Positions 31,488 to 44,618 are shown, counted from the first letter of the stretch. The stretch: DNA of 64,000 nt from Bradymonadia bacterium (GCA_046290225.1 JBKAGE010000078.1:448001-512000), one strand, 5' to 3'. Made by a program: numbers and translations. The notes: generated from the sequence alone by a model not told the origin.

Positions 31488-33449
31488 TCAGCGGCGACGA
31501 CGGCGCCGCTTCTTCTTTTTGCCGCCATTGATGCGATTGGCCAGGGTCAGCGCGGCCTCGGCGGCCCGGGCGCGGATCAGAGGCTCTTTGTCGGTCATGC
31601 CGGGGATCACGAGCTCCAGGGAGGCCTCGCTGCCGTAGTTGGCCAGGGCGCCGTAGGCCTCGGCCCGCACGGGCAGGTGCTTGCTCTCGAGCTGCTTGCG
31701 GTAGGTGGCCATGGACTCGCCCTTGCGCATATCTGCGAGGGCCTTGAAGGCGGCGGTGGCGGTGTCGGCGTGGGCACCGTTCACCAGGCCCAGCAGGCGC
31801 GTGGCCCCGGCGTTGCCCCGAGAGACCAGGCCGTCGACGGCGTAGACCCGCTGCTCGTCGCTCCCCTTCAGGGCGATGGCCTCGAAGACGGCGATGTCCA
31901 CCTTCTCGTCTTTGGCGAGGGTCTCAATGTGGCTGGGCTGCATCCAGCGCACGGCGCTGTTGAGGCTCTTCAAGGTGGTCTTGGGGTCGAGCTTGAGCAG
32001 CTGCTGCAGGGCCAGGAACCGCACATCGAGATCAGGATCGCGCTTCACCAGACGAATGGCGGTCACCGCCTCGGTCCGGCCCGTGGCGCCAAGGGCCTTC
32101 ACCGCGGCGGTCTTGAGGCTCTTCTGCGGCGACATGACCACGAACTGCAGAGGCGAGACGATCTCGCCGGTGCCGATGTTGGCCAGGGCCTGCACCAGGG
32201 CCTCCTTCACCTGAATGTCGGGCTCCTTGCGCAGCACCTGGGAGATGCGCTTGATGTCGCCGGGCTTGGACACCGCGGCCCAGCCCTTCGCCGCGGCGAG
32301 GCGGACCTCGGTGCGGCCCTCTCGCATCGACTCTTCGAAGATGACCACGCTGGGGCGGTGCTTCAGCTCGGTGAGCACCTGCAGGGCCCGCATGCGCAGC
32401 TCGTCGCGATCGCTCTTGGCCACCTTCTGCAGCAGCTTGATCACCTCAGGCTCGCTCCGGGCTTTGGCCCAGGCCTTGAGCCAGGCATAGCCCGCGTCGG
32501 CGTCGGCCTCTTTCTCGTTGGTGAGCAGCTGCCCCTTGAGGGCCTTCAAGGCGTCCATCCGGAACACCTTGTCCATGCCAGCCCAGGCCACCCGGCGCTT
32601 GGCGGCGTGCTCGGCCTTCTTCATGCGGGCGAGGCAGGCCACCAGGGGCTTGTGCACGTCGCTGCCGATGCCGCGACGGGACATCACCGAGGCGGCGTTG
32701 AGGCGCTTGTCGAAGGGCTCCTTGTCGAAGGTCTTCTTCAACAGCTTGGTGAGCTTCTTCACCGACTTTTTGTCATCAAGGCGCACGAGGTAGTCACGGG
32801 CCAGATCGCCCATGGCGCCCATATCGTGCAGGTTGTTCGTGGCCCACTTGAAGGCTGAAGGGTGGCTGAAGGACTTGAGGGCCTCGAGGGCCTCTTTGTG
32901 CTCCGGCTCGTCGGCGGGCTCCGCGAGGCCGAGCTCGATGACCTGCCAGGCGGTCTTCCCGCCCATCTTCAACAGCGCCTTGCGCGCCTGAGCCCGGGCG
33001 TCGGGCACGCCTTCCTTCGCGGCCTTCTTGATCAGGGCCAGCTGCTGCTTCGCCGGCAGCTTGGCCACGAGGCCGTGGCCCATCTCCCGCTCCGCCTCGT
33101 CACCGGAGGCCAGCAGCTTGTCGAGGGCCGCCTGGCCCTTGCCCCGGACCTTCTTGTCCTTGGACTCGAGGGCGAGCACCACAGAGCGACCCTTGATCTC
33201 GGCGTCGCCGTCTTCGAGGCCACCCTCGATGGCCCCCTTCTGGGCGTCGCCGCCGAGGAGCAATTTGCCCCGGAAGATGGCCTGGCGCACCAGCGGATCA
33301 GTGGTGCCCTCAAGATCGGAGTACAGCGTCGTGGCCTGGGCCTCGAGCTCCTCCAGCGAGGGCAGACCCCCTTCGGGATCCTGGGCGTGGGCAGCGGAGA
33401 GGGCGATGACAGCCCACCCGACAGCGGGGAGCAGCGCGCGTCGAATCAT
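31488..33449 (-). CDS. Exported HEAT-repeat protein with basic C-terminal tail
   Basis: GGAGG RBS; signal peptide ending AHA; repeats such as EVRLAAAKGW and DVRFLALQQL; ends KKKKRRRRRR. Confidence 0.8.
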   Translation of the reverse strand: MIRRALLPAVGWAVIALSAAHAQDPEGGLPSLEELEAQATTLYSDLEGTTDPLVRQAIFRGKLLLGGDAQKGAIEGGLEDGDAEIKGRSVVLALESKDKKVRGKGQAALDKLLASGDEAEREMGHGLVAKLPAKQQLALIKKAAKEGVPDARAQARKALLKMGGKTAWQVIELGLAEPADEPEHKEALEALKSFSHPSAFKWATNNLHDMGAMGDLARDYLVRLDDKKSVKKLTKLLKKTFDKEPFDKRLNAASVMSRRGIGSDVHKPLVACLARMKKAEHAAKRRVAWAGMDKVFRMDALKALKGQLLTNEKEADADAGYAWLKAWAKARSEPEVIKLLQKVAKSDRDELRMRALQVLTELKHRPSVVIFEESMREGRTEVRLAAAKGWAAVSKPGDIKRISQVLRKEPDIQVKEALVQALANIGTGEIVSPLQFVVMSPQKSLKTAAVKALGATGRTEAVTAIRLVKRDPDLDVRFLALQQLLKLDPKTTLKSLNSAVRWMQPSHIETLAKDEKVDIAVFEAIALKGSDEQRVYAVDGLVSRGNAGATRLLGLVNGAHADTATAAFKALADMRKGESMATYRKQLESKHLPVRAEAYGALANYGSEASLELVIPGMTDKEPLIRARAAEAALTLANRINGGKKKKRRRRRR

Positions 33450-33610
33450 GAGACGGCCTCCATGGAAGAAGAGCAGATCGGTGCGCACACCGACCGGGGC
33501 TCAGGAGAGTTGCATCTGGCGGGGGTACCAGCGAAATGCCGGGATTGGCAAGGGCAAAGGCGCTCACGTGGCGTGGAGCGCCGCGGCGTCACACGACGCC
33601 CGAGGCAGGA

Positions 33611-34651
33611 TCAGACTTTTTCTTTGTACTGCTTCACCAGCACGGCGCTGGCCTCGCCGAGCTTCGTGGGGCTTGAGAGCTTCACGGGGGTGCGGTGCGG
33701 GTCGAGGCCCAGCCACAAGGTGCCCTTCTGAGGGGCCTTGTCGAGATCGGCCTTCTTGATGAAGCCGCCGGTGATCTTGGTCTCGATGTCGATCTTGTGG
33801 GTCTCGAACCAACCCGCCGGCGTCCAGACCTTCTCCTGCTTGTCCACGCTGATGGTGACGAAGCGCTCCCGGCGACCATCCCAGGCGTAGAACGAGAACT
33901 TCATCCCGGGCTTGAGGTCCATCCGGCGCAGGGCGAAGAGCATGCTCAGGGCGTCGTAAGGCCCGGCGACGTAGTTGTGCGTGCGTCGGAGCGGGTGCAC
34001 CTTGTCGCCGTTCTTCACCCGGGTGGAGCGCACCACGCTCTTCTTGGGGTCGTAGACCGACAGGTAACGCAGATCTTTACCGTTCTCCTTGATCTCGAAG
34101 TCGGTCTTGAGCGGCAGGAAGTTCGACTCCTCCACCAGCACGCTCACCTTGTCGTCGATGGGGTAGAACTTCGCCAGGAACTCGCTTGACCGCATCCAGC
34201 CCACCAGGGGCACCACGTTGCGGCCCATGAGCTCATAGGGCGCCCCGACGCCGAGGATGACGTCGGCGGCCTCGGCGTTGAGCATGCGCACCTTGAAGAC
34301 CAGACGCTCCCCAGGCTCGAAGGGGATCTGCCCCATGGCGGGGATCTTCATCTGCTCAGGTGAGGTCTTCGGTCGACGGTGGGGGTATCGGTTCGCCCGC
34401 TTCTTCGACTTTTTGCTGACAATGTGCCCCTTCTTGCCGGGCTTCACCTTGATCTTCTTGCCCTTCACCTTGGAGCTGACGGGCTTGGCCTTGAGCATCG
34501 GCACCTTCTTGCCCTTGGCCTTGACAGGGGAGTCAGCAGGGATCTTCGCCGGCTCGGGCGCCTTCTCCTGGGCCGAAGCCACCCCGGCGAAGGCGAGGAG
34601 GGCGGCAGCGAAGGCGGTGGCGAGGGTGTTCTTGGACATCAGGTGGCGCAT
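33611..34651 (-). CDS. DUF3108-like exported protein
   Basis: Signal peptide; PFEPGERLVF, DALSMLFALR, VWTPAGWFET, LWLGLDPHRTPVK. Confidence 0.75.
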   Translation of the reverse strand: MRHLMSKNTLATAFAAALLAFAGVASAQEKAPEPAKIPADSPVKAKGKKVPMLKAKPVSSKVKGKKIKVKPGKKGHIVSKKSKKRANRYPHRRPKTSPEQMKIPAMGQIPFEPGERLVFKVRMLNAEAADVILGVGAPYELMGRNVVPLVGWMRSSEFLAKFYPIDDKVSVLVEESNFLPLKTDFEIKENGKDLRYLSVYDPKKSVVRSTRVKNGDKVHPLRRTHNYVAGPYDALSMLFALRRMDLKPGMKFSFYAWDGRRERFVTISVDKQEKVWTPAGWFETHKIDIETKITGGFIKKADLDKAPQKGTLWLGLDPHRTPVKLSSPTKLGEASAVLVKQYKEKV

Positions 34652-34831
34652 GATCACTTCTCCTGACTGCGTGGCCTCGGCGAACCGGTCGGCGGCATGT
34701 CGATCTTGTAGAAACGTGCAGAGTAGAAATCTCAACGGCGCCTGACGCACCCCAGGTAGAGGTTTATTTAGGCACGTCTTGTGATTCGCATAGGTAGATT
34801 CACCTCGCCAGGGGTTTCTGGTGAAGGTGGC

Positions 34832-36118
34832 TCAGCCCAGCCCCTGCCCCCGCAGGTAGTCGATGTAGGCAGGAATCTCTGCATCAGAAGGCAACTCACC
34901 GCGACGGACCGCGGCCTCGCATACACGACGCAGCTCGCCGATCCGAGGGCCTGGGGACACCCCGAGATCCTTGATGATGGCCGTGCCCAGCCCCTTGGGG
35001 ATGCTGTGGGCCCGCTCGGCGTCTCTGCGGGCCACGTCGGCGATGCGCAGCTGCAAGTTGTGCAGGTGAAACATCACCTCGCGGCGCCGCCCGGGGCGCT
35101 TGCTGGTGACGTCGGCCCGAGAGAGCAACAACAGATCGTGCATCGCCGGCCCCACCTCGGCAGAAAAGCGGCGCACCGCGGAGTCACCCCAGCCCGCGTC
35201 AAAGGCCCCGGGCCGCAGGTGGTACAGGATCAACACCCGCATCCGCTCCGCCATGGCCGTCGGGAAGGACAACCTGTGGGCGATGCCGTCGAACATGTAG
35301 GCGCCGAGCTCGTCGTGCCGCAGGAAGCTCACCTTCTTGCCCGGGCCATAGCCCCGGGTGTGCACCTTGCCGATGTCGTGGAGCAACGCCGCCCAACGAA
35401 TCAGAGGCCGTGGCACCGCCTGCTCCACCACCTGGCGGGTGTGAGCCCACACATCCTTGTGATGGAACCGGCTTGAGCGGTGGAAGTTCCTCAGCGAGGC
35501 CACCTCAGGCAGCACAAACCCCATGAGAGAAGTCCGGCTCATCGCTTCGAGGACTGGCCCCACACTCCGGCCCACCAGCACCCCGGTGAGATCATGGCGC
35601 AGTCGGTTGGCCTCCACCCTCAACGCCACCTCGGGGATGGCGTTCATCGCGTCGGTGAGCCCCTTGAAGGGGGTGAGGTTGAGGTTGGCGCACACGGCCA
35701 GCATCGACACCAAAGCTTCAGGATGCGCAGAGGCGAGAGCCTGTGGATCGTCCACACCGAGCTGCCCCTTGGAGAGGGCGCTCATACCATCGAGAGGATC
35801 CAGCACCTCACCAGCAGGGGTGATGCCCACGGCATCTGCAGGGATCAAGCGATCTTCGAGGCCAGCGCGTAGCCCGCCGTTCGCCGGCCAGATACGCCAG
35901 CCCTGTCCCACCGCCGTACCCGGCAAATCAGGATCAGGGACGATCCCCGCGCCGGCACAGATCGTCTCCAACGTGCCCTCGACCAGGATCTCGGGCAAGC
36001 GTCGGGGCCGTCGGTGGCCCAGCACGAAGCGGGCCCCCTCTCCAACAAGGCACATCGCCGGCTCGCCGGGGATCCGCGGGGGCTCCGGGAGCGGCCTTTT
36101 CCAAACAAGCTGTTTCAT
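34832..36118 (-). CDS. HD-domain protein of the CCA/poly(A) nucleotidyltransferase family with degenerate polymerase head
   Basis: LPEV..HHKDVWAHT, AALLHDIGK, H-DELGA, HLR, SRAD, PGPRIGE; head motifs eroded (see findings). Confidence 0.85.
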   Translation of the reverse strand: MKQLVWKRPLPEPPRIPGEPAMCLVGEGARFVLGHRRPRRLPEILVEGTLETICAGAGIVPDPDLPGTAVGQGWRIWPANGGLRAGLEDRLIPADAVGITPAGEVLDPLDGMSALSKGQLGVDDPQALASAHPEALVSMLAVCANLNLTPFKGLTDAMNAIPEVALRVEANRLRHDLTGVLVGRSVGPVLEAMSRTSLMGFVLPEVASLRNFHRSSRFHHKDVWAHTRQVVEQAVPRPLIRWAALLHDIGKVHTRGYGPGKKVSFLRHDELGAYMFDGIAHRLSFPTAMAERMRVLILYHLRPGAFDAGWGDSAVRRFSAEVGPAMHDLLLLSRADVTSKRPGRRREVMFHLHNLQLRIADVARRDAERAHSIPKGLGTAIIKDLGVSPGPRIGELRRVCEAAVRRGELPSDAEIPAYIDYLRGQGLG

Positions 36119-36203
36119 GGGGCGGAAGATACTGGAGGGCGTTGGGGTTCTCAAACGCCTCGGCAGGCCAGAGGCCTGTTCACTTCGACGCGTGGGGCTC
36201 GTC

Positions 36204-36548
36204 TCAGGAGGCGATGCGGCTCAGGCTATGGCTGCGGAGGTAGTCCTCGTAGGCCCGGCGGTCGCGGGGATTGATGTACTTGAACCTGAACCCGCGAACG
36301 TCTTCATCGGCGCTGCCGTCGTGGCACAGCTCACCGAGGGCGCGAATCTCGAGGGGAAAGTCGCCGGGCAGACAGAAATGAAGCCACACGAACCGTGGTT
36401 CGCCCCATGCCTGTCCGGGAAGTCGCCGAACCCGCATGCCATCGAGGCTCATGTCTTCACTGACACACAGACATTGTGCATCTTCATCGAGAATGTGATC
36501 GACAAACACCTGGATCTGCATCCGCGCGTCAGCACGACGTTCGCTCAT
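36204..36548 (-). CDS. Stand-alone PilZ-domain protein
   Basis: ERRADAR (RxxxR), DMSLDG (DxSxxG), GFRF. Confidence 0.85.
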   Translation of the reverse strand: MSERRADARMQIQVFVDHILDEDAQCLCVSEDMSLDGMRVRRLPGQAWGEPRFVWLHFCLPGDFPLEIRALGELCHDGSADEDVRGFRFKYINPRDRRAYEDYLRSHSLSRIAS

Positions 36549-36876
36549 GGCGCACTCACCCTTTTGACTGTTGTAAGTTGTTGAGAAACCAACCTTAACG
36601 ACGGTTTATCATGCCTTCGCCAGGGGTCCAAAAAATCGTACTGGTATTTTATGTGAGGGGTAGACAGCAGGCATCAGTGTGTGCATCCACCTCACATCGG
36701 CGCTGGCCTGATGACTCGCCGTGAGCCATACGTGCCATGCCTGGGCCGATCCCCCCGTGCCGCGAAGCTCATCCTGGAAGGCTCAGTGGCGCAGGACCTG
36801 CCTTGACCCACCAGATCCAGTGGTGTATCTTGCCTGCCCGAACTTTGTAACCCCTTCAAACCGAAGGACTTTTTCC

Positions 36877-38597
36877 ATGCGAAGCCTCCTTCGGGCCCAC
36901 ATGGCGGCCCCCCTCTTCGCCCTCTGTATGTCTGCTGTGTCTGTCTCCGGCTGTGGTGAGACTGATCAGACCAAGCCCTCTTACTGGATCGAGAAGCTCG
37001 AGGGCGATCAGGCGCGAACCGCCATCAACAAGCTCGCCGAGATGAAGGCCCCCGAGTCGGTCGATCCGCTCATGAAGGCCTTCGAGAAGAGCACGCACCG
37101 GTACGAGATCATCGCCGCCCTCACCAAGATCGGCGACAAGAAGGCCGTGCCCACCCTGCTCGCAGCCCTCGCCGACGTGAGCGACGCCAAGACCGGCCAG
37201 CTCGCCGGCAACACGCTCCTCGAGTGGGATGCCAAAGAGCACCTCGGCGAGTATCTGAAGGTGCTGGCCAACACCAAGATCAAAAAAGAGACCAAGCTGG
37301 CGGTCATGGAGTTGCTGGCGAAGTTCGCCGACACCCCCGCCGCCGATCAGCTCGTGGGCATGCTCGAGCTCGACCCCGACATCGAGCCCATCGTCTTCCT
37401 CGGCCTCGCCGCCGAGGGTGTGGGCAACATCGGCGCCGAGAAGCTCGGTCCCGAGCGCACCAAGAAGGCCGTCGACGGCCTGCTGCGCTGCATGTGGCTC
37501 GACGACGCCCTGGGCCGCAATGAGGTCATGAACTGCCGCATGGCGCTGAACAAGCTGGGCCCCAAGGCCTCTGCCGACGCCATCATCGCCACCCTCGAGC
37601 GCAAGAACCGCGAAGTTGAGAAGCGGGCCCGGAAGTTCGGCTTCAACGTCGGTGGCACCATCGAGTTCAAGACCGCTGAGCTGCTCAGCGACATGAAGGT
37701 GGACCGCGCCCTCGATCCCCTGCTCGCCGCCCTCACCAAGGTGGAGGAGCCCACCCCGGCCATGCAGGCCGACGGCAAGAAGATGAACGCCTTCGTGATG
37801 AGCGGTGTGCAGAAGGTGATCTCCATCACCAACGCCCTGGCCCTCATCGGCGACGAGAAGGCCGTGGACCCGATGCTCAAGCTGGTCCTCGACGACGAGT
37901 CTCCTCTGGAGAAGCGCCTCGCCGCCGTGCAGCAGCTCGCCTTCCTCGGCAGCCAGAAGCCCGTGAAGGATCTGGTGAAGTTCTTCAAGTCGAAGGACAA
38001 CCTCAAGGCCTTCGGTACCCAGGGCTTCCGCCTCAACGTGGCCATCACCCTCGGCAACCTCATCGACGGCACCGACGCCAAGACCTTCGCCGACTTCGAC
38101 AAGACCATCAACACGGTCTACGACCAGGTCGACGCCGCCCTCAAGAAGGCCACTGCGGACTACAAGACCGCCTCCAAGGGCGCCCAGCAGGGCCTCGCCG
38201 CCGACATCCAGGGCTACCGCGAGTGGCTCAAGGGCTACACCAAGGTCAAAGAGAAGCTCGCCGTGGTCAAGGAGTGCAAGGACGAGGTGGGCTGCCTCGT
38301 AAAGAAGCTCGACGACGAGAAGACCCACGTGAAGGTGCAGGCAGCCCATCGCCTCGCCCAGAAGGCCGACGCCAAAGACACGGTGATCAAGGCCCTGCTC
38401 GCTCGGGCGGGCACCGAAGACATGGTGGTGCGCAACGCGCTGCTCTTCGGCCTCGATCGTCTCGGCGACAGCTCGCTGGTGCCCGAGCTGCAGAAGATCC
38501 GCGACAAAGACGCGGAGAAGGCCGCCAAGAACAAGAAGCTGCGGGGTCTGGTCAACGTGATGGACCTCACCCTGGCCAAGATGGCCCACCGCGGCAA

Positions 38598-38601
<4 letters not shown>
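36877..38601 (+). CDS. HEAT-repeat lipoprotein
   Basis: Lipobox VSGC; repeats ALTKIGDKKAVPTLL and ALALIGDEKAVDPML. Confidence 0.8.
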
Positions 38602-40499
<1,898 letters not shown>

Positions 40500-40506
40500 G
40501 ATCCCC

Positions 40507-41814
40507 ATGACCCGAGAGCAGCTCGTTCATCAGCTCCATCACGGCACCGAAGACGAGGCCATCGAGGCCTGCGAGCTCTTGGGGGCCATGGGTGATCCCA
40601 AAGCCCTCGGTGGCCTGCTGCACGGGCTCAAGTCCCCCAGCGCCGACGTGCGCGGTGCTGCCTGTGAGGCCCTGGGCCTGCTCGGCGACGCCCGGGCCGT
40701 CTCTCCCCTGGTGAGCATGCTCCGGGACGATGACGAAGATGTGCGGGCCGAGGCGTTCTCGGCCCTCTTCAACATCGGCCAGAGCCGGGCCTCCACCCTC
40801 AAGGTCGAGGCCTTCGTGGGGGAAGACCTCGCCAACCCCACGGCGGCCCTCACCCAGGTGGTCTGGGCTGCAGATCTCGAAGCGCTGCAGATGCTGCACG
40901 ACGGCCTCGAAGACGAAGACCCCGAGGTCCGCATCGGCTCTGCCTACACGCTGGGCCGTATGGGCGACATCAGCGCCTTCGACACCATCGCCAAGCTGCT
41001 GTCGAGCGATCCGGACGCCGACGTCCGCGCCGCGGCGGCCTTCGCCTTGGGTGATCTGCGGGCCCCCAAGGGGCTTGATGCCCTGGTTCAAGCCTGGCCT
41101 CACAACCAGCGGCCTGAAGATGACGAGGTGGCCATCTTGATCATCAGGGCCATCAACGAGTTGGAAGATCCTCGGGGTCAGTCGGCCCTGGTTCAGGGGT
41201 TGAGCCATCGCGATCCACGGACGAAGCAGCTCGCGTGCATGGGCTTGGGCTCCCAGCGCGCCACCGAGGCGATCCCCTACCTGCTGCACGTGCTCAACGA
41301 TGCCCATGAGGGGGTACAACGCTGCGCCGCCGAGGCCCTCGGCCGCATCGGTCACGACTCGGTCATTCAGCCACTCATCGACGGCTGTGGTGGTCGTGGG
41401 GCCGGGGTGCGACAGACGATCGGCCGCGCTCTCAAGCGCCTCAACGTGAACTTCGTGATCCACGCCCTCGGCGAGACCTTGAGCCGCCCGGAGACCTCGG
41501 TTCGGCAAGGGGCGGCCTACCTCATGGGCCAGGTGGGCGATGGAGGCAACATTCGCAGGGCGATCAAAGATCCGGCTTGGGAGGTCCGCAAGGCCGCGGC
41601 CCTGGGTATGGGCACCATCGGAGACGTGACGCTGAGGGCCGATCTCGAGTTGGCCCTGGGCGACGAGGCCTGGCAGGTCAGGGTGGCCGCCGCCGAGGGC
41701 CTCAAGCGGCTTGGCGACGCCGCCGCCATCCCCGCGCTGCGCAAACGCCTCGGTGACGATCACCCCGTGGTACAGAACGCCGTCACCATCGCGCTGAAGG
41801 GTCTCGAGTCGTGA
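40507..41814 (+). CDS. HEAT/PBS-lyase repeat protein
   Basis: Repeated VRxAAAxALGxxGD. Confidence 0.88.
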   Translation: MTREQLVHQLHHGTEDEAIEACELLGAMGDPKALGGLLHGLKSPSADVRGAACEALGLLGDARAVSPLVSMLRDDDEDVRAEAFSALFNIGQSRASTLKVEAFVGEDLANPTAALTQVVWAADLEALQMLHDGLEDEDPEVRIGSAYTLGRMGDISAFDTIAKLLSSDPDADVRAAAAFALGDLRAPKGLDALVQAWPHNQRPEDDEVAILIIRAINELEDPRGQSALVQGLSHRDPRTKQLACMGLGSQRATEAIPYLLHVLNDAHEGVQRCAAEALGRIGHDSVIQPLIDGCGGRGAGVRQTIGRALKRLNVNFVIHALGETLSRPETSVRQGAAYLMGQVGDGGNIRRAIKDPAWEVRKAAALGMGTIGDVTLRADLELALGDEAWQVRVAAAEGLKRLGDAAAIPALRKRLGDDHPVVQNAVTIALKGLES

Positions 41815-42440
41815 GCGCTCAACCTGATCGACCCCTCTACATCGCCGTCGAAGGCCCCATCGGGGTGGGCAAGACCACGCTGGTGCACAAGCTCTCCGAG
41901 CGACTCGATGGCCGCGTGGTGCTCGAGAACTTCGAGGAGAACCCGTTCCTCGCGCAGTTCTACGACGATCGCGACCGATACGCGTTCCAGACCCAGCTGT
42001 TCTTCTTGATGAGCCGGTTCAAGCAGCAGGAGGCCCTGGCCCAGGCGGAGCTGTTCACCCCGAACACCGTGGCCGACTACCATCTGCTCAAGGATCGCAT
42101 CTTCGCTCGCCTGACCCTGTCGAGCCACGAGCTGATGCTCTACGAGCGGGTGTACGCCGCCCTGGAGCAGCACATCATCCAGCCCGACGTGCTCATCTAC
42201 CTGCACGCCCCCATCGACGTGCTGCTCGGCCGCATCAAGAAGCGCGGCCGTGAGTTCGAGGCAGACTTCGACGCTGGGTATCTCACCGAGCTCAGCGCGA
42301 TGTACCAGCACCACTTTGCCCACTACGATCGCAGCCCACTTCTGAGCCTCGACACCGCAGATCTCGACTACGTGGCTTCTGACGAGCCCGTGGACTTCAT
42401 CTTGGACAAGGTGAGGCGTCTGGCGGCGGGGCAGAGCTGA
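41811..42440 (+). CDS. Deoxynucleoside kinase
   Basis: IAVEGPIGVGKTT, ENPFL..FY, FQTQLFFL, RIKKRGR. Confidence 0.93.
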   Translation: MSAQPDRPLYIAVEGPIGVGKTTLVHKLSERLDGRVVLENFEENPFLAQFYDDRDRYAFQTQLFFLMSRFKQQEALAQAELFTPNTVADYHLLKDRIFARLTLSSHELMLYERVYAALEQHIIQPDVLIYLHAPIDVLLGRIKKRGREFEADFDAGYLTELSAMYQHHFAHYDRSPLLSLDTADLDYVASDEPVDFILDKVRRLAAGQS

Positions 42441-42485
42441 AGGTCAGCCCGAGCGACCCGAGAGCGTGGCTCAGGTGGGTGAGCC

Positions 42486-44618
42486 TCAGACGAAATCGAC
42501 GAGATCGAAGTCGACTCGGCGCCGGCGGATGTCCACTTGGGCCACCCTCACCTGCACCGCGTCACCGAGGCGGTGCACAGTGCCTGAGCGGCGGCCCTTC
42601 ACCATCCCCTGTTCCAGATCGACCTCGTAGCGATCAGATCCGATGCGATCGATGGGCACCAGACCCTCGACGTAGTGGCCCACCAGCTCGACGAAGAGCC
42701 CGAAGTTCTGCACCCCGATGATGGTGCCCTCGAAGACCTCGCCCACGTGGCGACTCACGTACATGGCCTTGTAGAGATCCTGCACGGTGCGCTCGGCGTC
42801 GATGGCCACGCGCTCCCGACGGCTGCAATGTGCCGAAGACCCCTCGAGGGTCTCCGCATCCACCGGATCCCGGCCGTGCAGGCGATCCTTGATGAGCCGA
42901 TGCACCACAAGATCGGGGTAGCGCCGGATCGGGCTGGTGAAGTGCAAGTAGGTCTCGGTGCCGAGGCCGAAGTGCAGCGCCGGATCGGCCTCGTAGACCG
43001 CCTTGGACATCGAGCGCAGCAACAGCTGGTGCAAGATGCGCCGTCGAGGGTGATCGTCGAGAGACTTCAAGTACTTGGTGAGCTGGCCCGGAGTCACCTT
43101 GCCCTTGATGCGCAGGGGCACCCCGAAGAGCTCCGCCTGGCCCTTGAACCAGGTGAGGGCGTCTTCCGAGGGTCGGGGGTGAATCCGGAACATGGCCGGC
43201 TGGCCGCGCTCGACGAAGTCTGCGGCCACCACCTCGTTGGCCATGAGCATCGCCTCTTCGATCATCATGTGGGCTTCGTGACGCTGGTAGATGGCCACGT
43301 CGTCCACCTCACCCTGCTCGTCGAGCACGATGCGGGGCTCTGGCAGGTCGAGGTTCAGGTAACCGCGGCGCTTACGCCACCGCCGGCGTGCCCGGGTGGC
43401 ATCTCGCAAGCCCTCGAGCACCGGCCGGAGGGCCTCCATTTCGGGATCGTTGTCGGCCTGGGGCCGATCGTCGGGGCTGCGCACGCCGAGCATACGGGCC
43501 GCGCGATCGTAGGTGAACCGCCCATGGCTGCGGATGACCGCCTCGTAGAGCTGATAGGCACCGATCTCGCCGTCGCGGTAGAGCACCATCTCCGCCACCA
43601 TGGCCAGGCGCTCTTCATGGGGCCTGAGGCTGCAGAGATCGCTCGACAGGTGATGGGGCAGCATCGGCAACACCCGATCGGGCAGGTAGACGCTGGTGCC
43701 CCGCTGCCAGGCCTCGTCGTCGAGGGGGGTGCCCTCGGTGACGAAGTGGGCCACGTCGGCGATGGCCACGGTGATCGTCCAGCCACCCTCGTCGTTGGCC
43801 ACGACGTGCACCGCGTCGTCGAAGTCCTTGGCGCTCTCGGGATCGATGGTGATCAACGGCCGCGACCGCAAATCGTGGCGCGTCTTGAGCTCCCCTTCGG
43901 TCACCGCCTTCTCGTAGCCCTTTGCCTGAGCCTCCACGGCCTCGGGGAACTCGATGGGCAGCCCGAGGTCGTAGATGATGAGATCAGTCTCCTGAGCCGC
44001 CTCACCGTCCTGCTCCAATGGGCGGATGATGCGCCCCGAGGGGCCACCGACATCACCAGGGTAGAGCACGAACTCGGCGGCGACGAGGGTGCCATCGGCG
44101 AAGTCCGCGGGCCCTTCGACCTGGATGAACTCCGGCAAGCGCGGATCGTGAGCGGTGAGGATTGCCCCCCGGCGCTGTTGGCGCACAGTGGCCACGAAGG
44201 TGCGCAGCCCGCGCTCGATCACCGCGGTGATCACCCCCTCGGGACCACGAGGCCCCAAGTGCTGGCGCAGTCGAACGCGATCGCGGTGCAGCGCGGCCCC
44301 CACTGAGCGGGCGGGGATGTAGACATCGTCCCCGGCGCCGTCGAGATCGACAAAGCCGAAGCCTCGAGGGTTGAGCGTGAGCGTGCCCGTGACCTCACCA
44401 TCGTGCTCTGCGATGGTGAAACGGTTGCCGGGGTGATGCGTCACCTTGCCGAGGCGCACGAGCTGCCTCACCCGCTCTGCGAGCTCGCCCCGTGCCTCTG
44501 TCGGCAGGCCGAGCTTCCGGGCCAGATCCCGGATACGAAGGCTCTTGGGTGCCGCAGGGAAAGCGGCGATGATCTGGTCGTCGGTGAAAGCCTGTGTCAA
44601 CTTAGTCTCCCAATACAT
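42486..44618 (-). CDS. rnr: Ribonuclease R
   Basis: GFGFV cold-shock domain, TIDPESAKDFDDA, HFTSPIRRYPDL, C-terminal S1 domain. Confidence 0.93.
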   Translation of the reverse strand: MYWETKLTQAFTDDQIIAAFPAAPKSLRIRDLARKLGLPTEARGELAERVRQLVRLGKVTHHPGNRFTIAEHDGEVTGTLTLNPRGFGFVDLDGAGDDVYIPARSVGAALHRDRVRLRQHLGPRGPEGVITAVIERGLRTFVATVRQQRRGAILTAHDPRLPEFIQVEGPADFADGTLVAAEFVLYPGDVGGPSGRIIRPLEQDGEAAQETDLIIYDLGLPIEFPEAVEAQAKGYEKAVTEGELKTRHDLRSRPLITIDPESAKDFDDAVHVVANDEGGWTITVAIADVAHFVTEGTPLDDEAWQRGTSVYLPDRVLPMLPHHLSSDLCSLRPHEERLAMVAEMVLYRDGEIGAYQLYEAVIRSHGRFTYDRAARMLGVRSPDDRPQADNDPEMEALRPVLEGLRDATRARRRWRKRRGYLNLDLPEPRIVLDEQGEVDDVAIYQRHEAHMMIEEAMLMANEVVAADFVERGQPAMFRIHPRPSEDALTWFKGQAELFGVPLRIKGKVTPGQLTKYLKSLDDHPRRRILHQLLLRSMSKAVYEADPALHFGLGTETYLHFTSPIRRYPDLVVHRLIKDRLHGRDPVDAETLEGSSAHCSRRERVAIDAERTVQDLYKAMYVSRHVGEVFEGTIIGVQNFGLFVELVGHYVEGLVPIDRIGSDRYEVDLEQGMVKGRRSGTVHRLGDAVQVRVAQVDIRRRRVDFDLVDFV

